From assembly GCA_964016885.1 (NCBI GenBank), contig OZ024746.1:27962001-28026000 (forward strand): a stretch of 64,000 bases of DNA. The letters are read 5' to 3'. The stretch's first letter is position 1. Each line of letters begins with the position of its first letter. The notes beneath the pieces are model-generated. The model saw only the letters and a list, made by a program, of their open reading frames with translations. It was not told the origin of the DNA and ran no database searches. This stretch comes from Eledone cirrhosa (taxonomy: Eukaryota). Positions 13,871-28,544 of the stretch are shown in pieces. The translations under genes and the position numbers were made by a program.

Positions 13871-15168
13871 ACAAAAAAATAACCACTACAATGAGAGATG
13901 AGATTAACTACTTTAACGAAAATAACATTTTTATTTTCGTGTGAGAAGTTTGTGAACCATTGTGTATTTGTTTGTGGATTTCTGTGTGTGGATTTGCGTG
14001 TGTCTGTGCGAGTCTATGTGCGTGTGTGCGTATGCGTGTCTATGTGTATGTACGTGTGTGTATGTGTGTGTACCTGTGCGCGTGTGTGTGTTTGTGTATG
14101 TGTGTAACTATGTGTGTGTATCTGTGTGTATTTGTGTGTGCCTGTGCGCGTGTGTATCTGTGTGTTTATGTGTGTTTCTGTAAGCGTATGTGTGTTTTTG
14201 AATAAAAATACACCACATATATGCAGAAGGAAAACGTTAGGAAAATTTATTGTCCGAAATATATAGCAGTGGAGCGAATAATTATAGGATTTCCATAAGC
14301 TACCGGAAAACTCGAATATATAAGAATGTGTTCACGTGTGTGTCTAAATATGTGAATATGTGAATATATAGAGTTGTATTTATCTGACATATTCACTATA
14401 TACTCCAGTGGATCACACTGGCAAGACCAGCGAAATTATTATATCTCCCGGGCATAGATTTATCTAACCGAAATATCTATCTACCTATAGCTACTTGTGT
14501 TCGTATTTCTTTGCGCACACATGCGTATTGATAAATTTATCTTTTACAAACTAAACCATTGAACCGTAAGATTACTATGATAGTTTCCCAGGTCGTTTTG
14601 TTCCCACTAGAAGCAGTACTTTTCCAGCAATAATCTTTTACTTGTTCTTAAATATATTGCATCTCTTCGCTCACTTTTATCAATTTCACAGTAGCCTCAC
14701 TTTCAACAGAAGATAGTTCCTCAAAAATAGAATAGGTTAATTCAAAGTATTCATTTTCTTAACAGATAACGGATATTTTAAGACTTGGTTACAAACGAAC
14801 AAAAATAAAACATTTCCATGCTTCAGAAATATGTGTTTCATTCTCTGAACGTTTTCAGATATCTTAATTCTTCATCAGTTTTAAGTAGTAACAGAGTTTT
14901 TTCATAATCTGTAGATGTCTTTACCAGTTCTTTGACGGAGAAATGATAGAGCATTTGATTAAATGCTTTGTGGAATTTATGCCAGCGCTCTGTGCTCTAA
15001 GTTCAAATCCCTCCTAGGGAATCTTTACTTGTTTTTACCTTTTCGATGCCAATAGTCTTTTTACCATTTCGATACCATCAGTAAAGTACTATGGTTGATT
15101 TAACTTGCTTTTTCCTCCCTCTAAAATTAATGGTTTTCTGCCTATGGTAGAAATTTATCATTATCAAT

Positions 15169-15358
15169 AGTTGTTTCTACTTTAGGCACAAGGCCAGCAA
15201 TTTGAAAGGAAGGAGAAAGTCGATTAAATCGACCCGGACTTTATTTTATCGACCCCGTAAGGGTGAAAGGCAAAGCCAACATTAGCGGGATTTAAAAGTA
15301 AAGAGTCGCAACTCTATGTCGCAAAACAGATTGTCCGAAGCTATACGGAAACTGCCAA
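15169..15358 (-). mobile_element. Major SINE, variant subfamily
   Basis: TTGTTTCTACTTTAGGCACAAGGCCAGCAAT..TTTTATCGACCCCGTAAGG. Confidence 0.8.
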
Positions 15359-15371
15359 ACTATATCCTAAT

Positions 15372-15559
15372 ATTTGGATAACATCCATGAGCTTGGCTGG
15401 TCTCACTTGGGGATCTAGCCGGAGCAGTTGGAGAGGGTTGGTCCTGGCAGGACCTGCCGGAGGGCAATTTTGAGGACTCTACCTCTACGACCCTTTCAGG
15501 AAGAAGAAGAAGAAGAAGAAGAAGAAGAAGAAGAAGAAGAAGAAGAAGAAGAAGAAGAA
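15372..15559 (+). mobile_element. 3' end of a retroposon with (GAA)n tail
   Basis: TGGATAACATCCAT..TGGCTGGTCT..TGAGGAC..TCAGGAA(GAA)n. Homologues at 47326-47527 (+) and 53320-53450 (-). Confidence 0.65.
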
Positions 15560-17542
15560 TTATCCATAAACATGTAAATATATTCATTTATTATAAATAT
15601 ACACATTTATTATAAATAACCATGTTGCACATATATACAGATACACATTTATTATGTGTAAACGTATTGTAGATATATACATAAATACATCTATCATATA
15701 TAAACATGTAAATATATATTTATAAACAAATGTTCATTTGTTCCGAAATATACTGTATTAATGCTATCAATAAATAAAATTTAAAATTCTAACAAAAAAA
15801 AAATTAAGAGATAAAAACAAAGAAAGAGAGATGCATTGAGAATGAGTGAAGGCGAAAGAGAGAGATGAAGAAAGACACACGGTAAGGAGAGAGGGAGGGA
15901 GGAAGAGAGGGGGACAGAAAGACAGACGGGATAAAGAGAGACGGAGAGGAAGAGGGGAAGGGAGGGGGAGATGAGGGTCCTCCAACGACAAGAAAATAAT
16001 TTTTGAACTGAAACTAATGCAGAAACATTATAAAGAAGACGTTTCCATGACTAACTGAATCTAAAAGTCTATAGAATATGTTTAGCAATAATATTTATTT
16101 CCAGTTGGAAAAGAGAGAAGTCAGCAAAAGATGACCTTTCAATAGAAACCATTTCCATATAAAGATGTCTTTAACTTCTCTTATTCGACATTTCTAAATT
16201 AATTATTGTCTGCTACATTCAGACTGCCATAGGCAAAACATTCGGGTAATGTTGAAACGTTGGATACGGTTTGCTTATACAATGGCTGATGTCTACAAGT
16301 GAAGCCCACTGGCTTAGTTGTTACTATGTTCGGCACACGAGCGTGGGGTTCTGAGTTCGATTGTTGGCGTCACATTTTGTCCTTAACCATGACACATATT
16401 TCACGTTGCTCTCATAAAAAAATAAGTTATACCCGAAATCAAATACGCCAGCCTTCTCCCACATTGTGCAACGCTGAATCTCCCCATTTGATGACATAAT
16501 ATACCTAGGACTATGCTATCCAATGTGTCCTTTCCTTATTTTATTTAGGTGACCGGGTAGTTTGAGAGAGCAATATTTGATACTATTTCTAGCAGATCAC
16601 ACAACCACGTAACATTGTCATAAATCTCCATTTTCTCTCCTTTCTTCATCTCACCTCATAAATATGTTGACTTCGTCGGTACCAACGACGAATGTTCTAG
16701 GCTGCGAAACAATCTGCTCATGAAATTAACTTGCATTTACCTGACATGTGTACCCATAACGAAGTTCTCAGGGAAATTCAGTGCGATATAGGATATAACA
16801 TGGCTGACCGCTAAAATTACAGGAATATATTTTGGGGCAGTTTTATGAACTGCTACAACATAAAATAAAGTGTCTGGTTGAAAGACAAAGCTCCCTGCTG
16901 GGAATCGAAATTTCGACATTATACTACAGGCCTTTATTGCGGTGACCTAACTTTTAACAATACTTCTAGCTTTCTTTCCCAGGTGTTTGTCAGTACAAAC
17001 GGTTTAGAAGCTCGTTGAAATTTAAACAGAAAGCAACTAATAAATTATATAATATAACAACAATATAACAAAAATAATTATAAATAACATTAAAATTTAA
17101 AAAAATAATTACATAAAAAAACAACAACAGCAGCAGATGTTTTTCAGAACATTCAGGTTAAAAAATATTTTAAATGTCAAGGTAAAATGTTGTAATTACC
17201 ATCAGTCAGGTAAACCATAAATTTGAAATACTATATAACCTTTGGCATTTTAATGGAAATTTGAGACATGTGACGTCATTGAGACCCCCCCCCCCTCACA
17301 CACTCGTCTAGGATGTAATAAATCGTGTAATTTTTTTTTTTTTTTGCTTTTTTCTTTCTTTCTCAGTGTCGGAGAAAGGTTATTATTTCTTTTAGTATTG
17401 ATATGAAACTAATAATAAAGATAATCAATAAAGCTAGCTATAGGTAACGATATGTAGACGTGCATATTGTGACAGTACATGTGTATGTAAGGGGGGGGGG
17501 AAGGACACACACACACATTATATATATATATATATATATACA

Positions 17543-17583
<41 letters not shown>

Positions 17584-18185
17584 GAGTGTGTGTGTGTATA
17601 TATATATACATATAAAACACACATAGACGCACGCACACACACACACACATATATATATGTATATATATATATATGAGTGTGTGTGTGTATATATACATAT
17701 AAAACACACATAGACGCACACAGACATACCCTCACACACACACATATATATATATATATATAGAGAGAGAGATAGACAGATAGATAGATAGATGTGTTTC
17801 TTTATTAGCCACAGGGGCCCAAAAGAAGGGGACAAATACAAAGGGGGAAGTTTACATACAATAAAAACGTGTAAAATGTTATCACAAATGCAATTTAAAA
17901 AATTAGTCGATTTTCCCCAATAGGGGGAGACAGTTTATATGGGTAACACATACCCACGAAAAAATGTGCAACCCTCATCTCCAGGAGTACGAAGAGTTTG
18001 TACTCCTTTCCTCTCCTCCTCCTCCTTTTCCTCAACCTACAGGCTGATATAGAGAGAAGGTCCATTCACTCGGGCCATTCTCGCCACTTTCACCCACCTT
18101 TCATAAAACTTGCTGGGGTACAGCACCTCTCTCCCCATCCTGATTCTTCTTCCAAAGTGGTATTTGAAAAAAAAGAATCAGACAT

Positions 18186-18234
<49 letters not shown>

Positions 18235-18251
18235 AAGATAGAGACAGAGAG

Positions 18252-18303
<52 letters not shown>

Positions 18304-18389
18304 TTTAAGAAATTACAAGACAAAGAGATAGGCAAAAACACAAACTCTTATTAGTATCCCGCTTAAGAGGAGCTTTGCTTTTTCGGACT

Positions 18390-19100
18390 TAAGTTCTTCT
18401 TAGTTGATATATGGGGCAGCAGGGTCGGAAGCAACAGTGGGATCCGGGGAAAAAGCTGGGGGAGAAAAGGGGCTTCGGATGAGGAGATGTCCGGGGTTGC
18501 GTGTACGCTTGAAGGAAGAGAGGGTTGGAGGGGGAAGATGATGTAAGAGTCTGACTGGAGGGGGAGGAATAGCTGGAGGATCGTACTCTGGAGGGCAAGG
18601 TTTAGGGGTGATAGGTAAGGGGGGGGGGGTGAGATTCAGTTGGTTGGGGAACGAGGGCGTAGGGTGAGGCGATGATGCAGTTGACTTCATGTGCCAATGT
18701 GAGGGTGGCTTTGACCACGGACGGGGTTGACTAGCCATGCAATGTGAAGTGTCTAGCCAGCTAATGGGCCTGACTGGAATGTCAGGTTTGACTGGATAGG
18801 CAGTGATGGCGGAGGGATTGAGAGTATAAGATGGATTGTTTGTTATGGGTGGGGTGCGAGGAGGTGAAATCGATGTAGGTGTGGGAGTCAGTGATAGTGG
18901 AGGGGGTGGTGGTGATGAGGAAACGACAGAAGGAATCAATGGAGATGATGTCCAGGAAGTGAACGAAGGTGGTGGAGATGGAAGTGTTGAAGTGAAGGGT
19001 GTGCAGGAAGGAGGAGAGGAAAGAGACAGAGGAGTCGAGCTGTTCTCGGGTGAGTGAACTAGTCATCGATATAACAGTCATCGATATAACGGCCGTATAG
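18390..19100 (-). pseudogene. Penelope-like element RT/thumb/linker remnant (Neptune-like)
   Basis: RYIDD motif at about 19075-19095, HFLDI, TDSHTYIDFTSSHPTHNKQSILYSQSLR, PLTYHP, AYTQP, PGSHCCFRPCC; multiple stops. Confidence 0.8.
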
Positions 19101-19422
19101 CTCGGGCATGGGGCGTCAACGTAGTCGCCGAATATCTACGGACAGCGTTCAATATATTAAGATATATCCAGTCATTAACAAAACTGATGAGCTCTCTAAT
19201 GAGCTATCGATTCCAGAGGCGGCTACGATCGATTTTGATTGTCCCTTGAGCGAATCGATCGCAAAAACGCGCGTCACACGTGAGTAAACATGATGATGCT
19301 ATTGTGATATAATCAATAATACTTCTGCATTTTAAAGATATCGACTACAGTATGTACAAAGCCACAGCAGGAACATCGGGTGTTGAAACTGGTGAAGCGA
19401 TAGTAACTTAAAGTTAGACATG

Positions 19423-19490
<68 letters not shown>

Positions 19491-19607
19491 AAGAGGCTGT
19501 GGTAAGATACTAGCTGGACCATACATATATATATATATATAAGGAAAAAAGATGAAGTCCAAAATGCAACTGGAGTATTTTTTTTTTATATATTTATTTG
19601 GTTCCTT

Positions 19608-19814
19608 TAGGAAAGTAAGTGTGGTGTGGTAAGAATCCAGGTGGACCTTAAAGCACCAGAGTACTCGATACTTAGGGTAGTAGAGTGGGTAGTAGGAAAA
19701 GAGTCAGGACCCTGACGGCTGAGCTCCGGCCGTTTCGACAGCTAGATCCGAACAGTTCGGATCTCGCTGTCGAAACGGCCGGATCTCCGTCGTCGGGGTC
19801 CTGACTCTTTTCTT
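19608..19814. mobile_element. Fold-back, family A variant
   Basis: Arms about 19694-19752 and 19755-19814; right end CTTTTCT(TA)n. Confidence 0.85.
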
Positions 19815-19831
19815 ATATATATATATATATA

Positions 19832-20266
<435 letters not shown>

Positions 20267-20267
20267 C

Positions 20268-20430
20268 AAATTATGGAAATAATTTCTGTATGTCTAGAAC
20301 TGTTTCATTCATAAGAAATCTTACGGATTAAACAATTCTAGTCCTGTAGAATATAATGAATAAATCTATACTCTACTAGTGTATTGAGTACCTTTTTTGA
20401 AAGTGGTAGCCTCCTGATTTACATATTATA
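20268..20430. mobile_element. TA-flanked element, family E
   Basis: Shares TAGAACTGTTTCATTC and an inverted ACTCTACTA..TTGAGTACC segment with 30831-30980. Confidence 0.55.
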
Positions 20431-20433
20431 TAT

Positions 20434-20525
<92 letters not shown>

Positions 20526-20640
20526 AGGAGGTGAGTTTTATTGTAGTACAATAAAGCAATGCAGATATCGGATAAGTACCACTCTACAGTTTGTAGGACT
20601 GGAGTATAAATAATAGATAACCTTCATATCATGTCTCCCT

Positions 20641-20709
20641 ATTTTATCTGACGAAAACGCAAATGTTATTGCATGATGATATTTGTTTTTGAAATGTGCA
20701 TAATAAAAT
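20641..20709 (+). ncRNA. Type I hammerhead ribozyme with long stem II
   Basis: ATTTTAT-CTGACGA-[16-bp stem, one mismatch, several G.U pairs, GCAT loop]-GAAA-TGTGCA-TA-ATAAAAT. Confidence 0.8.
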
Positions 20710-20750
20710 ACATGGAACTCTTTTAACCATCTTTTGATCTTATATATTAT

Positions 20751-20772
<22 letters not shown>

Positions 20773-20805
<33 letters not shown>

Positions 20806-20953
20806 ATAAAAGTATGTAAATGTATATATATATATATATATATGTATGTGTGGTGGGGGGGGGGTCTGTGTGTCTCCATACACAAACATGTATGTATATA
20901 TATATATATGTGTGTGTGTGGGTGTGTGTGTGTATAAATATAAAAGTATGTAA

Positions 20954-21022
<69 letters not shown>

Positions 21023-21240
21023 GGGGGGGGGTCTGTGTGTGTCTCCATACACAAACATGTATATATATATATATATATGTGTGTGTGGGTGTGTGTGTGT
21101 ATAAATATAAAAGTATGTAAATGTATATATATATATATATGTATGTGCGTGTGTGTGTGGGGGGGGGGGGGGTCTGTGTGTGTCTCCATACACAAACATG
21201 TATATATATATATATATATATGCGTGTGTGTGTGTATGTG
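20773..21240. repeat. Three-copy higher-order repeat with embedded microsatellites
   Basis: TAAATATAAAAGTATGTAAATG-(TA)n-(G)n-TCTGTGTGTCTCCATACACAAACATG x3. Confidence 0.9.
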
Positions 21241-21581
21241 TCCCTAAACTTGTACTGCAGTTCTGCACACGGTTACCTGTAACTAGATGTATTGGTGTTT
21301 GACAAACAGATCGATGTTGTAGACGGGTCCATAGTACACATATGGGAACTGGAGCCAATCAGCTGTAAAATGTATGTAACAGGTCAATAATCAATAAAAG
21401 CATGTAAACGAAACTTTTTCTTAATATATATATATGTATGTGTGAGTGTGTGTATTGCATATATGGTATATATGTATGGTATATATATATGGTATATATA
21501 TATATATATATATATATATACGTGCACAATGCATATCATATATGCAATATATGATATGCAATACATAAATATAAAATACAT

Positions 21582-21624
<43 letters not shown>

Positions 21625-21671
21625 AAGCATGAAACTGATAAGACTCCTTGTGCCAGTTTTTCGTTTTCTTG

Positions 21672-21754
<83 letters not shown>

Positions 21755-21787
21755 AAGATATAGATATATATATCTACATATATCTAC

Positions 21788-21833
<46 letters not shown>

Positions 21834-21876
21834 GATTTTATATATGCATATATATGTATCTATCTATACATTTCTT

Positions 21877-21928
<52 letters not shown>

Positions 21929-22224
21929 GATACATGATATATGTTGTAATGCACGTGTGTATTATTCCAGGATCAAAGTCCTTCATAATGTCACATTTTC
22001 ACGTGCTTTATTCTCTTGTTTGATTTGCTATTCTCTTTATCATTTTTCCCATCTAAAATGAAACCGAAGTATTTTCTGTAAATCGATGTTTTATTGTTGC
22101 CAGTTAAAAGGTGACCATTAACACAAACATTGTGGTTATCCACACCATATCTCTCAATGTTACTTGCTTTTAGATTGGAACTTCATCTCAAAGCTCTTTA
22201 TTCCGATAACAAACAGACACACAA

Positions 22225-23659
22225 ATAACAAAAACAACAAAACAACAGCTGCAGCAGCAACAACTGCAGTAGCAACAACACCCCAAACAACAGCAACAAC
22301 AAAAACAACAAAAAGAACACCAACAGCAACTGCAGCAACAACATCATCCCAAACAACAACAGCAACAACAAAAACAACAAAAACAACACCAACAGCAACT
22401 GCAGCAACAACAGCATCCCAAACAACAACAGCAACAACAAAAACAAAAAGAACAACAACAGCAACTGCAGCAACAATAACACTCCAAACAGCAACTGCAG
22501 CAACAAAAACACCCCAAACAACAACAGCAACAACAAAAACAAAAAGAACAACAACAGTAACTGCAGCAACTATAACACCCCAAACAACAACAGCAACAAC
22601 AAAAACAAACAGAACAACAACAGCAACTGCAGCAACAAAAACACCCCAAACAACAACAGCAACAACAAAAACAAAAAGAACAACAACAGCAACTGCAGTA
22701 ACAATAACATCCCAAACAACAACAGCAACAACAAAAACAAAAAGAACAACAACAGCAACTGCAGCAACAACAGCAACAACAAAAACAAAAAGAACAACAA
22801 CAACAACTGCAGCAACAACAACAGCACAAACAGCAACAATTGCAGCAGCAACAAATGCAGTAGCAACAACATCAGCAGCAACAAAAACAAAAAGAACAAC
22901 AACAGCAACTACAAAAACAACAAAAACGACAACAGCAGCAACAACACAACAACAAAAACAACAACAGCAACAACAACTGCAGAAACAACAGCACCCCAAA
23001 CAAAAACAATAACAACAGCAGCAGCAGCAGAAACGACAATAGCACCACCAACAATAGCAACAACAGTAACATCAACAGCAGCAGAAACAACAACAACCCA
23101 AACAACAACAACAACAACAACAACAGCAACAACAGTAATATCAACAACTACAACTAAACAAAAACAACAGCAGCAACAGAAACAGCAACAACAACAGCGA
23201 CAACATCAACAACAACAGCGACAACATCAACAACAACAACAACAACAACAACAGTAACAACAACTACAACTAAACAACAACAGCAGCAACAGCAACAACG
23301 GTAACAACAACAACAACAACAACAACAGCGACAACAACAACAAAAACAGCAACAACAGTAACAACAACAACAACAACAACAACAGTAACAACAACAACAA
23401 CAACAGTAACAACAACAACAACAGTAACAACAACAACAACAGTAACAACAACAACAACAACCACAGTAACAACAACAACAACAACAACAACAGTAACAAC
23501 AACAACAACAGTAACAACAACAACAACAATAACAGCAACAGTAACAACAACAACAACAGTAACAACAACAACAACAACAACAACAACAATAACAACTACA
23601 ACAACAAAAACAACAGTAACAACAACAACATCAGCGACAACAACAACAGCAACAACACT

Positions 23660-23696
<37 letters not shown>

Positions 23697-23731
23697 GTAA
23701 CAACAACAACAATAGTAACAGAAACAACAGT

Positions 23732-23774
<43 letters not shown>

Positions 23775-24184
23775 GTAACAACAACAAGAGTAACAACAAC
23801 ACCAACAACAAAAACAACAACACTAACAGCAACAACAACAGTAACAACAACAACTACAGCTAAACAACAACGGCAGCAATATCAACAACAACAGCGACAA
23901 CAACAACAGTAACAACAACAACAACGACAGTAACAACAACAACAACAGTAACAACAACAACAACAGTAACAACAACAACAATAAAAACAACAATAAAAAC
24001 AACAGCAACAACAACAGTAACAACAACGACAACAACAACAACAGCGACAACAGTAACAACAACAACAGTAACAACAACAGTAACAACAACAACAAGAGCA
24101 ACAACAACATCAACAACAACAACTACAACAACAACAACAACAACAACAACTACAACAACAACAACAGTAAAAGCAACTAAACTA

Positions 24185-24218
<34 letters not shown>

Positions 24219-24607
24219 GCAACAACAAAAACAACACCAACAACAACTTCAACTAAACAACAACAACAACACCACCACCAACAACAACAACAACAACAAC
24301 AGCAACAACAACAACAGCAACAACAACAACAACACCAGCGACAACAACACCAACAGCGACAACAACAATAACAACAACACTAACAACAACAACAGTAACA
24401 ACAACAACAACAATAACAACAACAACAACAACAACAACAGTAACAACAACAATAGTAACAACAATAACAACAGCAACAACAGTAACAACAGCAACTACAG
24501 CTAAACAACAACAACAACAGTAACAACAACACAAACAACAGTAACAACTACAACAACAACAACAACAGTAACAACAACTACAACTAAACAACAACAGCAG
24601 CAACAGC

Positions 24608-24644
<37 letters not shown>

Positions 24645-25005
24645 GTAACAACAACAACTACAACAATACAACCACAACAGTAACAACAACAACAACAACA
24701 ACGGTAACAAAAACAACAACAACAGCGACAACAACAGCAACACCAGTAACAACAACAGTAACAACAACAACATTAACAACAACAGTAACAACAACAACAT
24801 TAACAACAACAGCAACAACAGTAACAACAACAAGAACAACAACAGCGACACAACAACAGCAGAAACAACAACAACAGTAACAACAACAACAACAACAGTA
24901 ACAACAACAACGAAAACAACAACAACAACAGTAACAACAACAGTAACAACAACAATAACAACAACAACAGTAACAACAACAACAGTAACAACAACAACAA
25001 CTAAC
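22225..25005. repeat. 2.8-kb degenerate (AAC)n array with a 66-bp higher-order unit at the left end
   Basis: CCCAAACAACAACAGC recurs at about 66-bp spacing (22511-22720); the array degrades into AAC/AGC/AGT triplets. Confidence 0.95.
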
Positions 25006-25048
25006 AATAAAGTCACACACTTTATCAAAGTCTCACACACACACACAT

Positions 25049-25081
<33 letters not shown>

Positions 25082-25110
25082 AATATAGACACACACACAC
25101 ACACACACAA

Positions 25111-25145
<35 letters not shown>

Positions 25146-25151
25146 CGTATG

Positions 25152-25181
<30 letters not shown>

Positions 25182-25182
<1 letters not shown>

Positions 25183-25420
25183 GAATAAAGTGGTCCTTCA
25201 TCAGTGATCTTCCAACCATCATTGGTATTTCATCGCTTTAAAGACCATATACCTGCGGCTAAAGAAAGTCGTTGGGACACGTAAATAAGGGGAACGAGCG
25301 AGACTGTAAACGAACAAAGATGGTAAAGCAACGAAAAGTGAGGAAGAAGTGAGGAAGAAGTGAGTCAAGACCCAGATTTCCATGAATATAAGTTCGGTGA
25401 AATCGTGACCGAGAGAGAAT
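25182..25420. mobile_element. Family H copy
   Basis: Aligns with 63147-63390, including the upstream microsatellite flank. Confidence 0.8.
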
Positions 25421-25592
25421 ATATAAATATATATATTTGTAGCATTGCATATGATTGAACAATATATATTGTAGCGAGTATGTGTAGACAATTAAAATAA
25501 ACATAGAAACATATGTGAAAGCAAATAAATTCCTAATCTCCTTTACGCCGACGTTTTATTTTTCTTGGTGCAATACTTGCTTATATATATTT

Positions 25593-25687
<95 letters not shown>

Positions 25688-26040
25688 TATGTATGTATAT
25701 ATACATACATATATGTATACAGACGTACAGTAGTATGTATAAATATACATACATGTACACATATATATATATACGTATCGGTTTACCGAACATTTATTAT
25801 AATGCTCGGTTTGTTTGTAAACAAACAAACAGCCCGAATTACACCGTACAGTGTTTAGGCAACCACGTCACGTTTTTGTTCAACACTGACACAGGAACGA
25901 TGTACTAATTTCAAGCTTATTAGCTATCGTCACCATCGTATACCTTCCTGCCAGATGGTTGAACGTCTGAAAGTATATACTTTCCTTATGCATATTAACG
26001 GCTGAGCAGCCTAATTTGCATATGAGGTGAATTAGCTTAC

Positions 26041-26510
26041 AAATTTAGAAGGGCCCTAAATAAACATAAACTCAATATTAGGATAGTAGAAAGACCAGGT
26101 ACCTCCGTAAAAACACTTATTAGCAAGACATACCCCTTTCAAAGACCCTCATGTATAGATAAGAAATGTATAACCTGTAAAATAAGCCCCCATATTAACT
26201 GTAAAACTAGAAATGTAGTGTATAGCATAAGATGTACTGAAGGACCGTGTAGAGACAAAAATATAGTGTACATAGGTGAGACAGCTCGTAGTGTAGGGGA
26301 ACGGATAAATGAACACTGGCGAGACCTTCAAGATAACAAAGAATCATCTGTACTCTACCAACATGCTAAAATAGAAAACAAGGGTAAATTAGAGAACATA
26401 GAAATAAAAATAGAATCTACACACAGAAAAGACGCATTGTTTAGACAAATTACAGAATAAACATAAAAGAATTACAACCAAAATTAAATAGAAAATATGA
26501 GTGGAACAGC
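26041..26510 (+). pseudogene. PLE GIY-YIG endonuclease remnant with Cys-rich linker
   Basis: IRIVERPGTSVK..PF..CIDKKCITC..NCKTRNVVYSIRC..C..YIGETARSVGERINEH..SVLYQH..ALFRQITE*..NRKYEW; frameshift and stop. Confidence 0.9.
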
Positions 26511-26731
26511 AACATCACAACTTACAATTAAGGACAAAATGAAAACACACACACACATAGAACAAACAACCAACCAGTAACATGTAAATAAACAAATAAA
26601 TAAATGAACATAAACACACACAGACACCCGGATGTGGCGCATGCGCAGACTGAGCACACAACACACACACAGAAACAAAATGGCGTAGGATAGAACAAAG
26701 GAGAGGCACAGAAACAAAGAAAGGAATCCCC

Positions 26732-26776
26732 AGTCACTGAAGAGGTCACAGAGTGTGTGACGAAAGAACTATGACT
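26732..26776 (+). ncRNA. Minimal type I hammerhead in the PLE 3' region
   Basis: AGTCA-CTGAAGA-gGTCACA gagtg TGTGAC-GAAA-GAAC-TA-TGACT, about 220 nt downstream of the GIY-YIG remnant. Confidence 0.85.
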
Positions 26777-26986
26777 ATATATAAACAACTATCTGGTTGT
26801 GGAACCAACCAACCAACCAGAAATTTATAAATTTATAAATTTATTATAAATTTATTATAATAAATTGAAGTGAAAGCAACTGGTGCGTGTGTTTCTTATT
26901 GGCAACATGACCCTCCCAAAGTATAACAATATCGGTTTCAACACACGATTTCAGATAAAGAATCTTGCTAAACAAATTCCGAAACG

Positions 26987-27046
<60 letters not shown>

Positions 27047-27151
27047 TAGTAGAACACTGGAGGGTTATATCCGTAGTAGTAGACCACTCATATATATATG
27101 TATGTAAAATAAGAACTTTATTTCTCGCTCTAACATACCTTCTTAAGCATA

Positions 27152-27214
<63 letters not shown>

Positions 27215-27217
<3 letters not shown>

Positions 27218-27530
27218 AAATTAAGATAAATCAAAATGAATTTAATCTAAATCAAAATTATGGGTGTCATGCCAGAAAGGCATGCGCCATATCACCCGCA
27301 AAATAAGCTCTAAGATTCTAATGAATAGGTCCGAGCATTTTATAACAACTAGAAATTGATTAACATATAAATAAACATGAATAATCACAGGAGATAATTT
27401 TTACAAGTGTGTAAGCACACATAGCTAGGTAGGTAACTAAATAAAGCTATGTGTGTTTACACACTTGTAAAAATTATCTCCTGTGATTATTCATGTTTAT
27501 TTATATGTTAATCAATTTCTAGTTGTTATA
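27215..27530. mobile_element. TA-flanked fold-back, family F
   Basis: Arms about 27340-27426 and 27446-27530; the left arm extends about 125 bp further. Confidence 0.85.
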
Positions 27531-27539
27531 TATATATAT

Positions 27540-27632
<93 letters not shown>

Positions 27633-27721
27633 GAGAAGAATACTGCGTGGTTTGCACATGGGTTACATATGATCAAAATAGTCCTTCGTCAGTGATTTTC
27701 CAACCATCATTGGTATTTCAT

Positions 27722-27844
<123 letters not shown>

Positions 27845-28468
27845 GCTGAATACCGAATGGTTCAGAAGCTGGTTCTTCGGAAATGTTAGGTTTCAATCCC
27901 ACAGCGTATAAGATCTGTAAATCATAGCCAGGGGTCGAATGATCCCTACGGAGTGAATGTTGGTATATTGGTATATATAACCGATTTGAAAGCGCATAGT
28001 TCAGGATACACGTGTCTGTGGAATACTCAGTCACCTACACGATAATATCACGTCTCAGTTATTTCTACAAGCAGGATGTTCTGTTGCTCGAAAAACTGAA
28101 AGAATTATCTTCGAAACTGACGTTAAGTTCACTAATGTTAGTTCACTAATATACCTTGTTCACTAAGTTCACTAATCTAACTTGCTCACTAAGTTCTACC
28201 TTGTTTATTTTAACCATGATACTTGATGGATTTATTCTGTGTGATTCGAAACAGGTGTATAGATATATATAAGAAGTAAGATAAGGAATATTTATATATT
28301 CCGATTAATTTTGTACTTTGTCATATATATTATAATATATAATTAATTTCGTTTCTGTAACATTCTTGCATAAGTGATCTCCGGAATTACTTTTTCACAT
28401 CTTACTTCCATTGATCGCTTAACAGAACAAAGAAATCGAGACGGTTTTATTCCGATTTATCTTAGCTT

Positions 28469-28544
<76 letters not shown>

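Noticed and set aside
14845-14882. Minus-strand CTGATGA-AGA..TCT-GAAA-ACGT-TC
   Set aside because: No stem I and only a 3-bp stem II; may be chance.
17795-18170. Possible minus-strand LINE 3' end (..GTGGCTAATAAAGAAAC)
   Set aside because: Single copy in the window with no confident protein motif; cannot be supported from sequence alone.
18400-18939. Proline-rich 179-aa ORF
   Set aside because: Alternative frame of the decayed PLE RT remnant.
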